Positions 20,030 through 32,705 of a stretch of DNA of 64,000 nucleotides are shown here, piece by piece. Below the pieces are notes generated by a model. That model was not told where the DNA came from. It ran no database searches and was given only the letters and a program-made list of their open reading frames with translations. Location of the stretch: assembly GCA_963745035.1 (NCBI GenBank), contig CAVUVW010000015.1, positions 300,414 to 364,413 on the forward strand, given 5' to 3'. Within the stretch, counting starts at the first letter, position 1. Each line of letters starts with the position of its first letter. Made by a program: the position numbers and the translations under genes. Source of the DNA: an uncultured delta proteobacterium. GTDB taxonomy: Bacteria; Desulfobacterota; Binatia; UBA9968.

Positions 20030-21048
20030 AAGACGAAAAGAAGCAAAGCGCCGGGATCGTGACCGAAGTCGGCGTCAACTTTCTCGAATTTCACGATCCC
20101 CGTTTGTTCCGCGATCTGCTGGGACAACACGACCAGCACGTCAAGATTCTCCAGCACACGCTGCAGGTAAAAATTCGCGTGCGTGGCGCGGGGCTGGAAG
20201 TCGAAGGCGATCCGCTGCAAGTGGAGCTCGCCAGCCAGATTCTGCGCCAGCTCTACGGCCTTTTGGAAAAGGGCTATCCGGTCTACGCGAGCGACGTCGA
20301 CTACGCCGTGCGCATCCTGAGCGGCGACTCGCGCGCCCGTTTGCAGGATATTTTTCTCGACACGATCTATATCTCGGCGCACAAGCGCACGATCACGCCG
20401 AAGAGCATCGCGCAAAAGGCGTACATCGACGCGATTCGCCGCTATGACATCGTCTTCGGCATCGGCCCGGCGGGCACCGGCAAGACGTATTTGGCCATGG
20501 CGATGGCCGTCGCCGAATTGATGAAAAATAATTACGTGCGCATCATCCTCACGCGGCCGGCGGTGGAAGCCGGTGAAAAGCTCGGCTTTTTACCGGGCGA
20601 CCTCGCCGAGAAGGTCAACCCGTATCTGCGCCCGCTGTACGACGCGCTCCACGACATGGTCGACTTCGATCGCGCCCGCAAGATGGTCGAGCGCGGCACC
20701 ATCGAGGTCGCGCCGCTGGCGTTCATGCGCGGCAGAACGTTAAACGATTCTTTCGTGATTCTCGACGAGGCGCAGAACACCACGCCCGAGCAGATGAAGA
20801 TGTTTTTGACCCGCCTAGGCTACGGCTCGAAGGCCGTGATCACCGGCGACGCGACGCAGATCGATTTGCCGGCGGGAAAGCCGTCCGGGTTGAAAGAAGC
20901 GTCGCGCATCCTGAAGGGCGTGCACGGCATTCGTTTCGTCACCTTCACGGAAAAGGACGTTGCGCGCCACCACCTCGTGCAGGAGATCATCGCCGCCTAT
21001 GAGCGCGACGACAATCAGTCGGCGGCCCGCGAACCGTCGGAGAACTGA
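20026..21048 (+). CDS. phoH: PhoH-like ATPase
   Basis: GPAGTGKT; RPAVEAGEKLGFLPGD; AFMRGRTL; DEAQN. Confidence 0.95.
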   Translation: MKDEKKQSAGIVTEVGVNFLEFHDPRLFRDLLGQHDQHVKILQHTLQVKIRVRGAGLEVEGDPLQVELASQILRQLYGLLEKGYPVYASDVDYAVRILSGDSRARLQDIFLDTIYISAHKRTITPKSIAQKAYIDAIRRYDIVFGIGPAGTGKTYLAMAMAVAELMKNNYVRIILTRPAVEAGEKLGFLPGDLAEKVNPYLRPLYDALHDMVDFDRARKMVERGTIEVAPLAFMRGRTLNDSFVILDEAQNTTPEQMKMFLTRLGYGSKAVITGDATQIDLPAGKPSGLKEASRILKGVHGIRFVTFTEKDVARHHLVQEIIAAYERDDNQSAAREPSEN

Positions 21049-21072
21049 GCGCAACACCGCATCGGCGAGCCG

Positions 21073-22210
21073 TTACTGGATCGCCTCGAGCGCAACCTTC
21101 GCCTGGACGGTCTTGCCGTCGCGCAGCAGCGCAACCGTCACGACATCACCGATCTTATATTTCTCCAGCAGCAAGTATAGATCATTGGGAGTGGCGACCT
21201 TCTTGCCGTCGACGGCGCTGATGATATCGCCCAGACGCAAGCGGCCTTCGGCGTCGCGCCGGGTCGGCTGAATGCCGGCCTTGGCGGCCGCGCTGCCGCG
21301 CGCGACGTCGACCACCAGCACGCCGCTCACGCCGAGCCGCTGGGCGATCTGCTCGTCGGCGATCTGGATGCCCAGACCGGGGCGAATGATCTTGCCGTTG
21401 CGGATCAGCTCGGGAGCGATGCGATTGACTGTGTCCACCGGGATGGCAAAGCCGATTCCCGCCGATGCTCCCGATGGGCTGTAGATCGCGGTGTTGACGC
21501 CGATCAAGCGGCCCGCGCTGTCGAGCAGCGGCCCGCCTGAGTTTCCCGGGTTGATCGCGGCGTCGGACTGAATCACGCCTTGGATCGGGCGGCGCGTTAT
21601 CGACTCGATCTCGCGATTGAGCGCGCTGATTACCCCTGTCGTCAAAGTCTGGTCGAGTCCGAACGGGTTGCCGATTGCAAAGACGCTCTGGCCTACTTGC
21701 AAGTCTTTCGACGTCCCGATGGGAATGGGGTGTAGCCGATTTGCCGGCGCGTCGATGCGCAGCACGGCGAGGTCCTTGTCCGGCGCGACGCCGACGACGC
21801 GCGCTTTCCAGTTCGATTGATCGGCGAGGGTGACCTGAGCGGCGTCGGCATTTTGAATGACGTGGAAATTGGTGATGACGTTGCCGCTGTTGTCCCAAAC
21901 AAAACCCGAGCCCGTGCCTTGGGGAATCTGGTAGAGGTTCAAGGTAAAAAAATCACGCTGCACGCCGATGGCCGTGATGTTCACCACCGCCGGCGATGCT
22001 TGGCGGAATAGCGCAATGATCGATTTTTCACCGCTCGAGAGATCGCCCCGCGCTGTCACGGCGCGTGGCGCGGCGCGGGGATCGTTCAACGACGCGCCGC
22101 CGACCCAGGCGTCGCGTAACAATACTACGCCCAGCGCGGCGAACGCGACAACCACCGTCACGGTTGTCCAGACGGATCTGCGGCCAGGGATGAAGATTCT
22201 TATTCAGCAT
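21073..22210 (-). CDS. HtrA/DegP-like trypsin serine protease with one PDZ domain (start uncertain, likely indel near 22165)
   Basis: GSGFVWD; TNFHV; DLAVL; DAAINPGNSGG; C-terminal PDZ. Confidence 0.92.
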
Positions 22211-22482
22211 CCGTTCGTCGTTCCGCGATCTATGGTCGCGAGCGGTCGCTTGATTGGCAGCTATTCATAACATATCTCCTCGGAGAAATCCCAAACTCGC
22301 GCAACGCGACGAGTGATTTCGTTTTTTGAAGGCTCTCAACTGAGTTTATGCCGGAGCAGGCGAAGAGCTGGACTACGAATCTCGGAAGAATCATTTTCGA
22401 ACTCGAGACACTGCGAGTTGAATGAGTCACTAATGCTGCGCGGCGGCGAGTTATCGCGCAGCACTCGGCAGCTTTGCAGGCC

Positions 22483-22520
22483 AAAAAAAAGGCGCCGGAT
22501 TTCTCCGGCGCCCTTTGTTT
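22483..22520 (-). terminator. Rho-independent terminator after groEL
   Basis: A8 run, then GGCGCCGGA-TTTC-TCCGGCGCC stem (22491-22512); reads as hairpin plus U-tract on the minus strand. Confidence 0.88.
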
Positions 22521-22535
22521 ATGTTTGTTGTCCCT

Positions 22536-24174
<1,639 letters not shown>

Positions 24175-24465
24175 TTATTCAACAACTCCGAGGATGTCAT
24201 CTTCGCGCATGATCAGATGCTCCTCGCCGTCCAATTTGATTTCCGTGCCGGAGTATTTTCCAAAGAGAATTTTGTCACCCGTTTTTACTCCCAAAGGTAT
24301 CAGTTTGCCATCCTCATATTTACCCGGACCCGCCGCGACCACTTTCCCTTCCTGGGGCTTCTCCTTCGCGGTGTCCGGGATGATGATGCCTCCCTTGGTC
24401 TTCTCCTCTTCTGCAATACGTTTCACAATCACCCTATCGTGTAGGGGACGAATCTTAGTCGCCAT
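24175..24465 (-). CDS. groES: Co-chaperonin GroES
   Basis: IRPLHDRV; [16 protein letters not shown]. Confidence 0.98.
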   Translation of the reverse strand: MATKIRPLHDRVIVKRIAEEEKTKGGIIIPDTAKEKPQEGKVVAAGPGKYEDGKLIPLGVKTGDKILFGKYSGTEIKLDGEEHLIMREDDILGVVE

Positions 24466-24594
24466 AACACCCTCCTAAAATAAAACAAAGATTTAGAATC
24501 CTGCTAGAACAGGTTGGATGCGGCAAATTTAATCTCAGATCCCTGATCGTCAAGGGGGATCTTGAAAAAATTTATTCTTTTCCAAGTAGACGCC

Positions 24595-24960
24595 CTAAGG
24601 CTTATACGGCGGCACGGCCAATGTGCGGATATAGATAACGATGTCGCGCACCTGTTTTTCATTCAACGAGGTTCCCCACGCGGGCATAAAGGGGGATTTC
24701 CCTGTTCCACCGCCGCCCTTTGAAATCACGTCCACCAGGGCTTGGTCGGTCATTGAATTCATCACCGCACCGTTTGTATGGTCCTTCGGCTTGACCGGCA
24801 GCGAACTAGCCGCCACCCCATCACCTTTGCCCTTCTCGCCGTGGCAACTGGCACAATAACTGGCATAGAGTTTTCGTCCTTCTGTTTGGTCTTGCGCCGT
24901 CGCCAATAACGGCAAAGCAACTACCGACATCAACCCGATTGAGAAAATGATACGTTTCAT
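24595..24960 (-). CDS. Exported monoheme cytochrome c
   Basis: Signal peptide; CASCHG; distal MPAW. Confidence 0.92.
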   Translation of the reverse strand: MKRIIFSIGLMSVVALPLLATAQDQTEGRKLYASYCASCHGEKGKGDGVAASSLPVKPKDHTNGAVMNSMTDQALVDVISKGGGGTGKSPFMPAWGTSLNEKQVRDIVIYIRTLAVPPYKP

Positions 24961-25111
24961 TGAACCAGCCTTCCACCTTTGATGCTGCGCCGTTCCCTAT
25001 CAGAAATCGTACGAAACTGACAGAGGCGTGAAACATTGGTCCGCAGACCTAGGCATTCACCGGAAAGGGTGATAAACAGCGGGTGAAAAACTGTCAGCGG
25101 AGGCTACGACC

Positions 25112-25732
25112 ATGATCAAGATCTGGGGCAGAACCGATTCTTCCAACGTACAAAAAGTGCTTTGGTGTCTGGGCGAGCTGGGGTTGGAGTTCGACCGGCT
25201 GGACTGGGGCGGAAAATTCGGCGGCAATGACGATAAGACTTATCGCGAGATGAATCCCAACGGCCTGGTCCCGACCATGAAGGACGGTGACTTTATCCTT
25301 TGGGAGTCCAATAGCGTGATGCGCTATCTGAACGCCAAATACGGCGCCGGGAAGCTCTTGCCCGCCACTCCCGAAGGCATCGGCGATGCCAATCGCTGGA
25401 TGGACTGGCAGCTTTCGACCTTCAATGCGGCGATCGTGCCGCTATTCTGGAACTTGATCCGCACTCCGGCGGACAAGCGCGATCCCAAAGCGGTTGAAGC
25501 CGCGCTGGAAAAAACCGCCAAGGCCTGGCGGACGGTGGAAAATCACTTGGTGAAAAACCGCTACCTCGGCGGCGCCGAGTTCTCCCTGGGCGATATCCCC
25601 CTCGGGGTGTGGGCCTATCGATGGTTCAATCTGCCGATCGACCGGCCCGATTTTCCCCACGTCAGCGGCTGGTACGAACGACTCAAGGAACGTAAGCCCT
25701 ACCAAACGCATATTATGCTCCCGCTCAGCTAG
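25112..25732 (+). CDS. Glutathione S-transferase family protein
   Basis: IWGRTDSSNVQKVLW; NPNGLVP; WESNS; FSLGDI. Confidence 0.92.
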   Translation: MIKIWGRTDSSNVQKVLWCLGELGLEFDRLDWGGKFGGNDDKTYREMNPNGLVPTMKDGDFILWESNSVMRYLNAKYGAGKLLPATPEGIGDANRWMDWQLSTFNAAIVPLFWNLIRTPADKRDPKAVEAALEKTAKAWRTVENHLVKNRYLGGAEFSLGDIPLGVWAYRWFNLPIDRPDFPHVSGWYERLKERKPYQTHIMLPLS

Positions 25733-25921
25733 CGGTCGGCGTGGCGGATGGCCGGCAGGCCGCTACGCCTCGTTTCAGATCAGCGGAATAGTCCCAGATT
25801 CTAGGGTAGCACTCGGCGCGGTTCCGCGAGGCGCGATCCTGGAGTCGTGAAGACACTCAAAGGGCGCGGCCGCAAAGTCCTCTCGCACCTGGCAAGCCTT
25901 CTCCGCAGAAGCAGTGCTGTT

Positions 25922-27340
25922 TCATATATCGCCGGCGGCGGGGAGCGTGATTTCCACCTTCGTGCCGAAGCGCGCGCCTTTGCCGATCGCGATCGAGCCG
26001 CCGTTGACCTCGATGAATTTTTTCGCCAACGGCAAGCCAATGCCCGTGCCATGCGGTTTCGTGGTGAAAAACGGCTCGAAGACACGGGGAAGATTCTCTG
26101 CGGGAATACCCTCGCCGCTGTCTTCGACGAAAATATGAATCGCCTTCGCGCCGGCATCGGGCGGTGAAGAGCGCGTCCGAACGGCGACCGCGCCGCCGTG
26201 CCCGGTCGCCTCCACCGCATTGGTCAACAGCCCCATCAACGCCTGCTCCAAATGACCGAGATCGGCCGTGACGTTCGGAAGATCGGGCGCGAGATCGAGC
26301 TGCGGCTGGATTTCAGTTTCGGCAAAACGCGAGCGCATGGTCGCCACCGCGTCGCGCACCAGGCTATTGACGTCCACGGAACCCAACCGCGGCTCGAGCG
26401 GCTTGGCAAAATTCAGCAGACCTTGCATCCTTTTTTGTACCCGGTCTACTTCGCGCACGATGTTTTGGAGATTCCCGGCAATCTCATGAGTCGTCGCGCC
26501 GTCACCTCCATGACCGGCTTGCAGCAATGCCACCTGAGCGGCCGCGCGAATCGACGACAGCGGATTGCCGATGCCGTGGGCGACCGCGCCGGCCGTTTCA
26601 CCCATCGCCGCCATCCGCTGCGAAGCGATCAGCTCGGATTGCATCTTGAGCAGGTTCGCTTGCTGTTCATCGATCTGGCGCGCGGCCTGGCGCACCATGG
26701 CGAACAAGGAAATGTAGATGAGCAAGCCGCCGGCAACCGCGGTGAGCAAGACCACGAGGCGCGCTTCGCCCACGTGCCGCAGCACCGCATCGGCCCGCCG
26801 GTAGGTCTGGAACACGCCTAAAAGCTGCCGGTCTTTCTCCGCATAGACCGGCACATAGACTTCGACAATCTTACCCGGCGAGCCGGGAGCCGAAACGCTT
26901 TTTCCTGCCGTCAAAGAGCTCAGATTGGCGATCACCTCGCCTCGAAGCGCCCTTTGCAGCTGGACATCGTCGCCGAACGATTTGCCGACAAGCTGTTTGT
27001 CGTCCGACCAGATGACGACCGCGTTCGGATTGTAGACCTTAAAGCGCACGATCGCCGGCGAAAGCCGCATGTGCTCGAGCAGCGCGGTGAACTTGTGGCC
27101 GACAGACTTGCGGTCTTTAGCTTGAAAATCGTAAGCCTCGAGAAATTTCCGCACGTCGGCCTGCACCAACTGCGCGGTCGTTTCCCACTCGCGCTCGAGG
27201 ATTTGCTTGACCAGATAGTTGGAAACGATCAGCCACAAGACCGCCGTCATCAGTCCGATGCAAACAAAGCTATAGACGGCGAAGCGCGTGGTAAGGCTGC
27301 CGGCAAGAAACGATCTAAGCCAGGCGTAACCGTTGATCAT
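25922..27340 (-). CDS. Membrane sensor histidine kinase (no cognate regulator adjacent)
   Basis: Two TM helices; H-box VAHGIGNPL; N box NAVEA; DSGEG; FEPFFTTK; GTGIGL. Confidence 0.92.
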   Translation of the reverse strand: MINGYAWLRSFLAGSLTTRFAVYSFVCIGLMTAVLWLIVSNYLVKQILEREWETTAQLVQADVRKFLEAYDFQAKDRKSVGHKFTALLEHMRLSPAIVRFKVYNPNAVVIWSDDKQLVGKSFGDDVQLQRALRGEVIANLSSLTAGKSVSAPGSPGKIVEVYVPVYAEKDRQLLGVFQTYRRADAVLRHVGEARLVVLLTAVAGGLLIYISLFAMVRQAARQIDEQQANLLKMQSELIASQRMAAMGETAGAVAHGIGNPLSSIRAAAQVALLQAGHGGDGATTHEIAGNLQNIVREVDRVQKRMQGLLNFAKPLEPRLGSVDVNSLVRDAVATMRSRFAETEIQPQLDLAPDLPNVTADLGHLEQALMGLLTNAVEATGHGGAVAVRTRSSPPDAGAKAIHIFVEDSGEGIPAENLPRVFEPFFTTKPHGTGIGLPLAKKFIEVNGGSIAIGKGARFGTKVEITLPAAGDI

Positions 27341-27460
27341 GGGACGCGGCAATTTACCGGAGCTGTTCCATCGCGTCGCTTTACCGGTTAGCAAACAATT
27401 TCGCGCAATCGGCGCGCGATCGAGAGAAGCAACGCCGCGCAGCAAACATGAAGAATCCGC

Positions 27461-28486
27461 TTACGGAAGCTTGCCGCCCTCGGCGAGCCGCATCACCGCG
27501 TCGACGATTTGATCGACGTCGGGAATCATCGCGTCGACGAGCGGCGGGCTATGTGGCGGCGGGATCGGCTGCGCGCCGATGCGCACCACCGGCCCTTTCA
27601 GATCGGCAAACAAATTTTCCTGGATCATGGCCGCCAGCTCCGCCGAGATGCCGCCGAGCATCGGACCCTCGTCGAGCACGATGGCGCGCTTGGTCTTCGC
27701 CACCGAATTGAGTATCGTTTCCTTGTCGAGGGGCGCGAGCGAGCGCAGGTCGACGATCTCGACTGCGATGCCTTTTTCTTTCAATTGATCCGCAGCGGCG
27801 TCGGCCTTCAAAACCATGCCGCCGCAGGTGACGATCGTGAGATCTTTTCCGGAGCGTCTGACGACAGCCACACCGATCGGCACCGTGTAATCGCCTTCGG
27901 GGACCGGGCCGCGCTGGCCGTAGAGGTGATGGCTTTCGAAGCAGAGCACCGGGTTAGGATCGCGGATGGCTGCGAGCAATAATCCTTTGGCGTCCGCCGG
28001 CGTGGTCGGCATGATGATCTTCAGCCCGGGAAAATGAATGAACGCACCGTGATTGCAGCTCGAATGGCTCGGCCCGCCGCCCGCCCTGGTGGCGAACTTG
28101 TTGCGCACCACCATCGGCACCGACACCCGCCCGCCGGTCATGTAATGGTAGCGTGCGGCGTGGCTGGCGAGCTGATCCATCGCCAATGGCAAGAGATCGG
28201 AGAATTGGATTTCGACCACCGGGCGCATGCCGTTGATCGCGGCGCCGACGGCGAGACCGACCAGCGCCGACTCGGAGATCGGCGTGTCCAACACGCGCCG
28301 CTCGCCGAACTCCTGCATCAGTCCGCGCGTCACGCCGTATGCGCCGCCGAACAGCGCGACATCTTCGCCCATGACGAAAACGCGCTCATCGCGCGCCATC
28401 TCGTAGCGGAGCGCCTCGCGCAAGGCTTCCTGGATGCGCATCTCTTTGGTGGGAGCCTGCGATTCCGTCGCTATTGACTTAGCCAT
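27461..28486 (-). CDS. 2-oxoacid/acetoin dehydrogenase E1 beta subunit
   Basis: GEDV; DTPISE; RPVVEIQF; DLRSLAPLD. Confidence 0.93.
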   Translation of the reverse strand: MAKSIATESQAPTKEMRIQEALREALRYEMARDERVFVMGEDVALFGGAYGVTRGLMQEFGERRVLDTPISESALVGLAVGAAINGMRPVVEIQFSDLLPLAMDQLASHAARYHYMTGGRVSVPMVVRNKFATRAGGGPSHSSCNHGAFIHFPGLKIIMPTTPADAKGLLLAAIRDPNPVLCFESHHLYGQRGPVPEGDYTVPIGVAVVRRSGKDLTIVTCGGMVLKADAAADQLKEKGIAVEIVDLRSLAPLDKETILNSVAKTKRAIVLDEGPMLGGISAELAAMIQENLFADLKGPVVRIGAQPIPPPHSPPLVDAMIPDVDQIVDAVMRLAEGGKLP

Positions 28487-29459
28487 GGGCCGCCTCCGTC
28501 GTCGCGTAGATGCTGTTCAAATCGACTTCTTTCTTCGGCAGCGGCGCGGCTTCGGCGCGCTTGGCGACTTCATCGAGCTCGGCGTAGACCTGCGCCGACA
28601 TTTTGTCAAATTCCTGCTCGGTCAACGCGCCCTCGTGAATCAACTTTTCCTTGAGCCGTTTGATCGGGCATTTTTGCTTCCATGATTCGATCTCTTCCTT
28701 ACTGCGATAAGCCGTGCCCGGATCGCCGCCGAAATGGCCATCCCATCGATAGGTGATGCATTCCAGAAGCGTCGCCCCGCCGCCGCTCCGTCCTTTCGCC
28801 GCGGCCGCCGCCGTAGCCTCGTACACGGCTTCTACGTCATTGCCGTCGATCGTCTTGCCTTCGAAGCCGTAGGCCGCCCCGCGCGCGCTTAATTGTTTGA
28901 TCGCCACGCTCTTTTCCAAGCTCACGGTCATGGCGTACTGATTGTTTTCGCAGACATAGATTACCGGCAGCTTCCATACGCCGGCGAGATTCATGGCTTC
29001 ATGGACGACGCCCTGGTTGGCCGCTCCGTCGCCGAAAAAACTCACGACAACTTCGTTGGATCCCCGGACTTTCGCCCCCAGCGCGGCGCCGGTGGCGGTC
29101 GGAACCGTGCCACCGACGGTGCCCGTGTTGCCGAGAAAACCGAAACCCATATCGCCCATGTGCATCTTGCCGCCGCGGCCTTTCGAATAGCCGTCAGCGC
29201 GCCCCATGCACTCGCACAGCAGCAGATAAAGATCGGCGCCTTTGGCGAGCAGGTGGCCTGTGCCGCGATGGTAGCTGGCAATGAGATCTGTAGACTGCAA
29301 TGCCGAACAGACGCCGACGGCGATCGCCTCCTGACCGCGGTAGGAATGGGTGCTGCCGAACATCGCCTTACGTTGGTAGAGCTCTTCTAGTTTTTCTTCG
29401 AACGCCCGCACCAGAATCATCTGGCGCAGCATGCCTTTTTGCTTCGCCGTATCGAGCAT
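28479..29459 (-). CDS. TPP-dependent dehydrogenase E1 alpha subunit
   Basis: GQEA; YHRG; FFGDGAANQG; ENNQYA; TYRWDGH. Confidence 0.93.
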   Translation of the reverse strand: MLDTAKQKGMLRQMILVRAFEEKLEELYQRKAMFGSTHSYRGQEAIAVGVCSALQSTDLIASYHRGTGHLLAKGADLYLLLCECMGRADGYSKGRGGKMHMGDMGFGFLGNTGTVGGTVPTATGAALGAKVRGSNEVVVSFFGDGAANQGVVHEAMNLAGVWKLPVIYVCENNQYAMTVSLEKSVAIKQLSARGAAYGFEGKTIDGNDVEAVYEATAAAAAKGRSGGGATLLECITYRWDGHFGGDPGTAYRSKEEIESWKQKCPIKRLKEKLIHEGALTEQEFDKMSAQVYAELDEVAKRAEAAPLPKKEVDLNSIYATTEAAHG

Positions 29460-29550
29460 CGACACCTCCTCGCAGGGACGTGACGGAATCTTGGTTCTAG
29501 TTATTTCGCGCGCTCCGACTTGTCAAGGCAAGATGCGGCAGATCGAACAA

Positions 29551-29631
29551 TGGAGTGCTGGAGCGTTGGAGTCGTAGAGTGTTGGGTAGGAATATCGCCC
29601 ATCACTCGCTGGCAATCGCAAACCCTCCAGC
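29551..29631. repeat. Octamer tandem repeat (TGGAGTGN-like) with degenerate inverted arm
   Basis: tggagtgc tggagcgt tggagtcg tagagtgt tggg ... cccatcactc ... ctccagc, between nuoN and E1 alpha. Confidence 0.65.
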
Positions 29632-29672
29632 GCAAACCGCCGGATAACCGCGGCGGAATACACACAAGCCGA

Positions 29673-31163
29673 TTATTTTACGAAGAAGCGAAGCGACTCG
29701 CTGGTATATCGCAGCAGGGGGGCGAAATAGATGCCGAACACGACCGTCAGGAGCGTGAGGGGCGCGAGAAGGGTGAAATTAAAGTCGCCGGCGCCGAGGG
29801 ATACTGTTTTATCCTCCGGGTTGGGCGCATCCAAAAACATCGTCTTGATGATCTTGGCGTAGTAATAGAGCGACACGACGCTGTTCATGACCGCAACGAG
29901 AGCCAAGAGGACGAACACCCCGCCTTCTTTGAGAACCGCAGCGAACAAGAAAAACTTGCCGATGAATCCGGCGAACGGCGGCAAGCCGGTCAAAGAAAGT
30001 AAAAAGATCGCCAGGCAGACCGCGGGTACGACGGCGCCGCGCCAGGCCAGACCGCGGTAGCTCTCGATGTCTTCGCCGCCGGTGACGTTGGCGATCATGC
30101 CGACGACCAAAAACGCGCCGAGATTCATGATGAGGTAAACGACCACGTAAAACAAAATCGCCGAGAGCCCTTCGTTGTTCAGCACCGCCAGGCCCATCAG
30201 CATATAGCCGGCATGCGCGATCCCCGAGTAGGCGAGCATGCGCTTTAAATTACGCTGGTTGAGAGCGCAGAGATTGCCGACCGTCATCGTGATCATGCTC
30301 ACGAACAACAGCACATGCGGCCACTCCACACCGGAGATGAATGCCCATTCCCCGCCCGGAACCATGCGCGAGACGCCGGGAAAAAAGAATCGGATCATGA
30401 TCGCTATGCCGGCGGCGTTGGAGGCGACGGAGAGAAACGCCGTGAACGGCGTTGGCGCGCCCTGGTAGACATCGGGCGACCACATGTGGAAAGGCACGAA
30501 AACGATCTTGTAGCCGAAACCCGCCATGATGAAGACAAACGCGATAAACAGCGCCGCCTTGTTGATCTCGGGTTGCGCCAGCGCGACTTGAATGGCGGCG
30601 TAGTCCAGGCTGCCGGTCATGCCGAAGATCCAGCTCATGCCGTAAATCATCGTGCCGGACGCGACGCCGCCGTAGATCAAGTATTTCAGCGCCGCTTCGC
30701 TGGAGCGACGATTGCGCGGCAGGAAGCCCGTGAGAACATAAGAAGTCAAGCTCACCAGCTCGAGCGAGAGATAGGCCATCAGCAAATTGCTCGACGAGGC
30801 CATGAAAAACATGCCGAGCGTGCAAGTGAGCAGCAGCGCGTAATACTCGCCCTGGTAAACTTGCTTGATTTCGTTGCTGCCGAGCGACATCAAGATGCAA
30901 AGAATCGCCGCTGCCAGGGCGAGGACTTTAAAAAACAAACTGAAGCTGTCGAGGATTATCATCCGGTGAAAAAGCCAACCGGGTTGCGCGCTATAAAGAT
31001 CGAAAGTGGCGATCAGAGCGGCGACGCTGCCGGCGAGCGCGATCAGAGCCAGCCGATCCTTGGCGCGCACGAGCAGGTCGAGAACGATGATCAACAGGAT
31101 CGTTCCCGAAAGGATGAACTCCGGATAAAAGAAGCTGAGACTGCCGATGTTCTTTAAGTCCAT
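29673..31163 (-). CDS. nuoN: NADH-quinone oxidoreductase subunit N
   Basis: EAALKYLIYG; VPFHMWSPDVYQGAP; KRMLAYSGIAHAGY. Confidence 0.95.
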   Translation of the reverse strand: MDLKNIGSLSFFYPEFILSGTILLIIVLDLLVRAKDRLALIALAGSVAALIATFDLYSAQPGWLFHRMIILDSFSLFFKVLALAAAILCILMSLGSNEIKQVYQGEYYALLLTCTLGMFFMASSSNLLMAYLSLELVSLTSYVLTGFLPRNRRSSEAALKYLIYGGVASGTMIYGMSWIFGMTGSLDYAAIQVALAQPEINKAALFIAFVFIMAGFGYKIVFVPFHMWSPDVYQGAPTPFTAFLSVASNAAGIAIMIRFFFPGVSRMVPGGEWAFISGVEWPHVLLFVSMITMTVGNLCALNQRNLKRMLAYSGIAHAGYMLMGLAVLNNEGLSAILFYVVVYLIMNLGAFLVVGMIANVTGGEDIESYRGLAWRGAVVPAVCLAIFLLSLTGLPPFAGFIGKFFLFAAVLKEGGVFVLLALVAVMNSVVSLYYYAKIIKTMFLDAPNPEDKTVSLGAGDFNFTLLAPLTLLTVVFGIYFAPLLRYTSESLRFFVK

Positions 31164-31171
31164 GGGCGCGT

Positions 31172-32684
31172 TTAAAGGTGCGGCATAATCGCTTGATTGA
31201 TCTGATCCAACGAAGCGCGCAGCATGTCCAAGACCGCATTGGGGTAAATACCCACGATGATCACGATGGCGCCCAACGGCACCAAGGTGAACATTTCCCG
31301 GCCGTTGATTTCCGACAGCTTCAGATACTTTTCATTGGGTGGGCCGAGATAGACGCGCTGGATGGTCCAGAGCAGGTAACCCGCGGTCAGGATCACACCG
31401 CTGGCGCCCAGGATCGTCAAGACCGGATATTTCTGCCAGGTGCCGAGCAAAACCAGGATTTCCGAGATGAAGCCGGAAAGCCCGGGCAAACCCATGGAGG
31501 CAAAAAAGGCCAGGGCGGTCACACCCGTGTAGACCGGCATAATCGCCGCGAGGCCGCCGAAGCCGTCAATCTCACGGTGATGCGCCCGGTCGTAGATGAC
31601 CCCGACCAAAAGGAAGAGCATGCCGGTGATCGTGCCATGATTGAACATCTGCAGCACGGCGCCGTTGATTCCCTGGGTGGTGAAGCTCGCCATGCCGAGC
31701 ATGACATAGCCCATATGGCTCACGCTCGAATAAGCGACCAACTTCTTGAGGTCTTTTTGCGCCATGGCGCAAAGAGCGCCGTAAATGATGTTCCATACGC
31801 CGAGAGCGCCCAAAAACCAAAACGCCAGGTCCGCGGTCGCCGCCGGCAGCATCGGAAAATTGACGCGCAGAATGCCGTACGTGCCCATCTTCAAAAGCAC
31901 GCCGGCGAGAATGACCGAGATAGCGGTCGGCGCCTCGACGTGGGCATCCGGCAGCCAGGTATGAAACGGAAACGCCGGTATCTTGATCGCAAAGCCGATG
32001 AACATGCGCCATCCAGACCGCGTGCTGGAAACCCCAGCCGAGCTGATTGAACGGCCACATCGGCAGCGGCTCGGTGCCGAATTTGCCCGCCTGCGCCATC
32101 ATGACCGTCATGTCGAAGGTGTGCGGTTCAACCGAAAAATACAGCGCGAGGATGGAGATCAGCATGAAAGCGCTGCCGAAAAACGTGTAGAGAAAGAACT
32201 TGATCGCGGCGTACTCGCGCCGCGGCCCGCCCCATATGCCGATCAGGAAGTACATGGGCAGCAGCATCACTTCCCAGAAAACAAAGAACAGGAAAAAATC
32301 GAGGGCGCAGAAAACTCCCATCATGCCGGCGTCGAGCATGAGAAACAGCGCGAAGTAGCCTTTGACCGCTTTATCGATGCCAAAAGAAGCGAAGATGCAG
32401 AGAAAGCTCAACAGCGCGGTCAACAAAACCATGGAGATGCTGAGGCCGTCGACGCCCATGTAGTAGCTGATGTTGAAGGCGGGAATCCATTGATACTTCT
32501 CGACGAACTGAAAACCTGCTTGCTTGCGATCAAAGTTGGCGAACAGCCAGACTGCCATCAAGAGCGGCGGCACGGTCGCGGCGGCGGAGACCCAACGAAT
32601 CAGCTTGGCGTTGTTCGGCAGCGCCAGCACGATCGCCGCTCCAGCGACCGGAATAAAGGTCATGTAGGTGAGCAAGTTTTCCAT
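31172..32684 (-). CDS. nuoM: NADH-quinone oxidoreductase subunit M (indel near 32010)
   Basis: FFVFWEVMLLPMY; PFHTWLPDAHVEAP; AYSSVSHMG. Confidence 0.95.
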
Positions 32685-32705
32685 TTCCGAGATTCTCCCT
32701 AGAAA

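Noticed and set aside
22270-22480. Intergenic stretch with a TGCTGCGCG/CGCGCAGCA hairpin upstream of the protease
   Set aside because: Single stem with no other support for a riboswitch or sRNA
25800-25925. TAGCACTC half-CIRCE and AGCACT/AGTGCT long-range pairing as a possible ncRNA
   Set aside because: Second CIRCE arm absent at 9-nt spacing, position is between convergent genes, and no RNA family is recognisable
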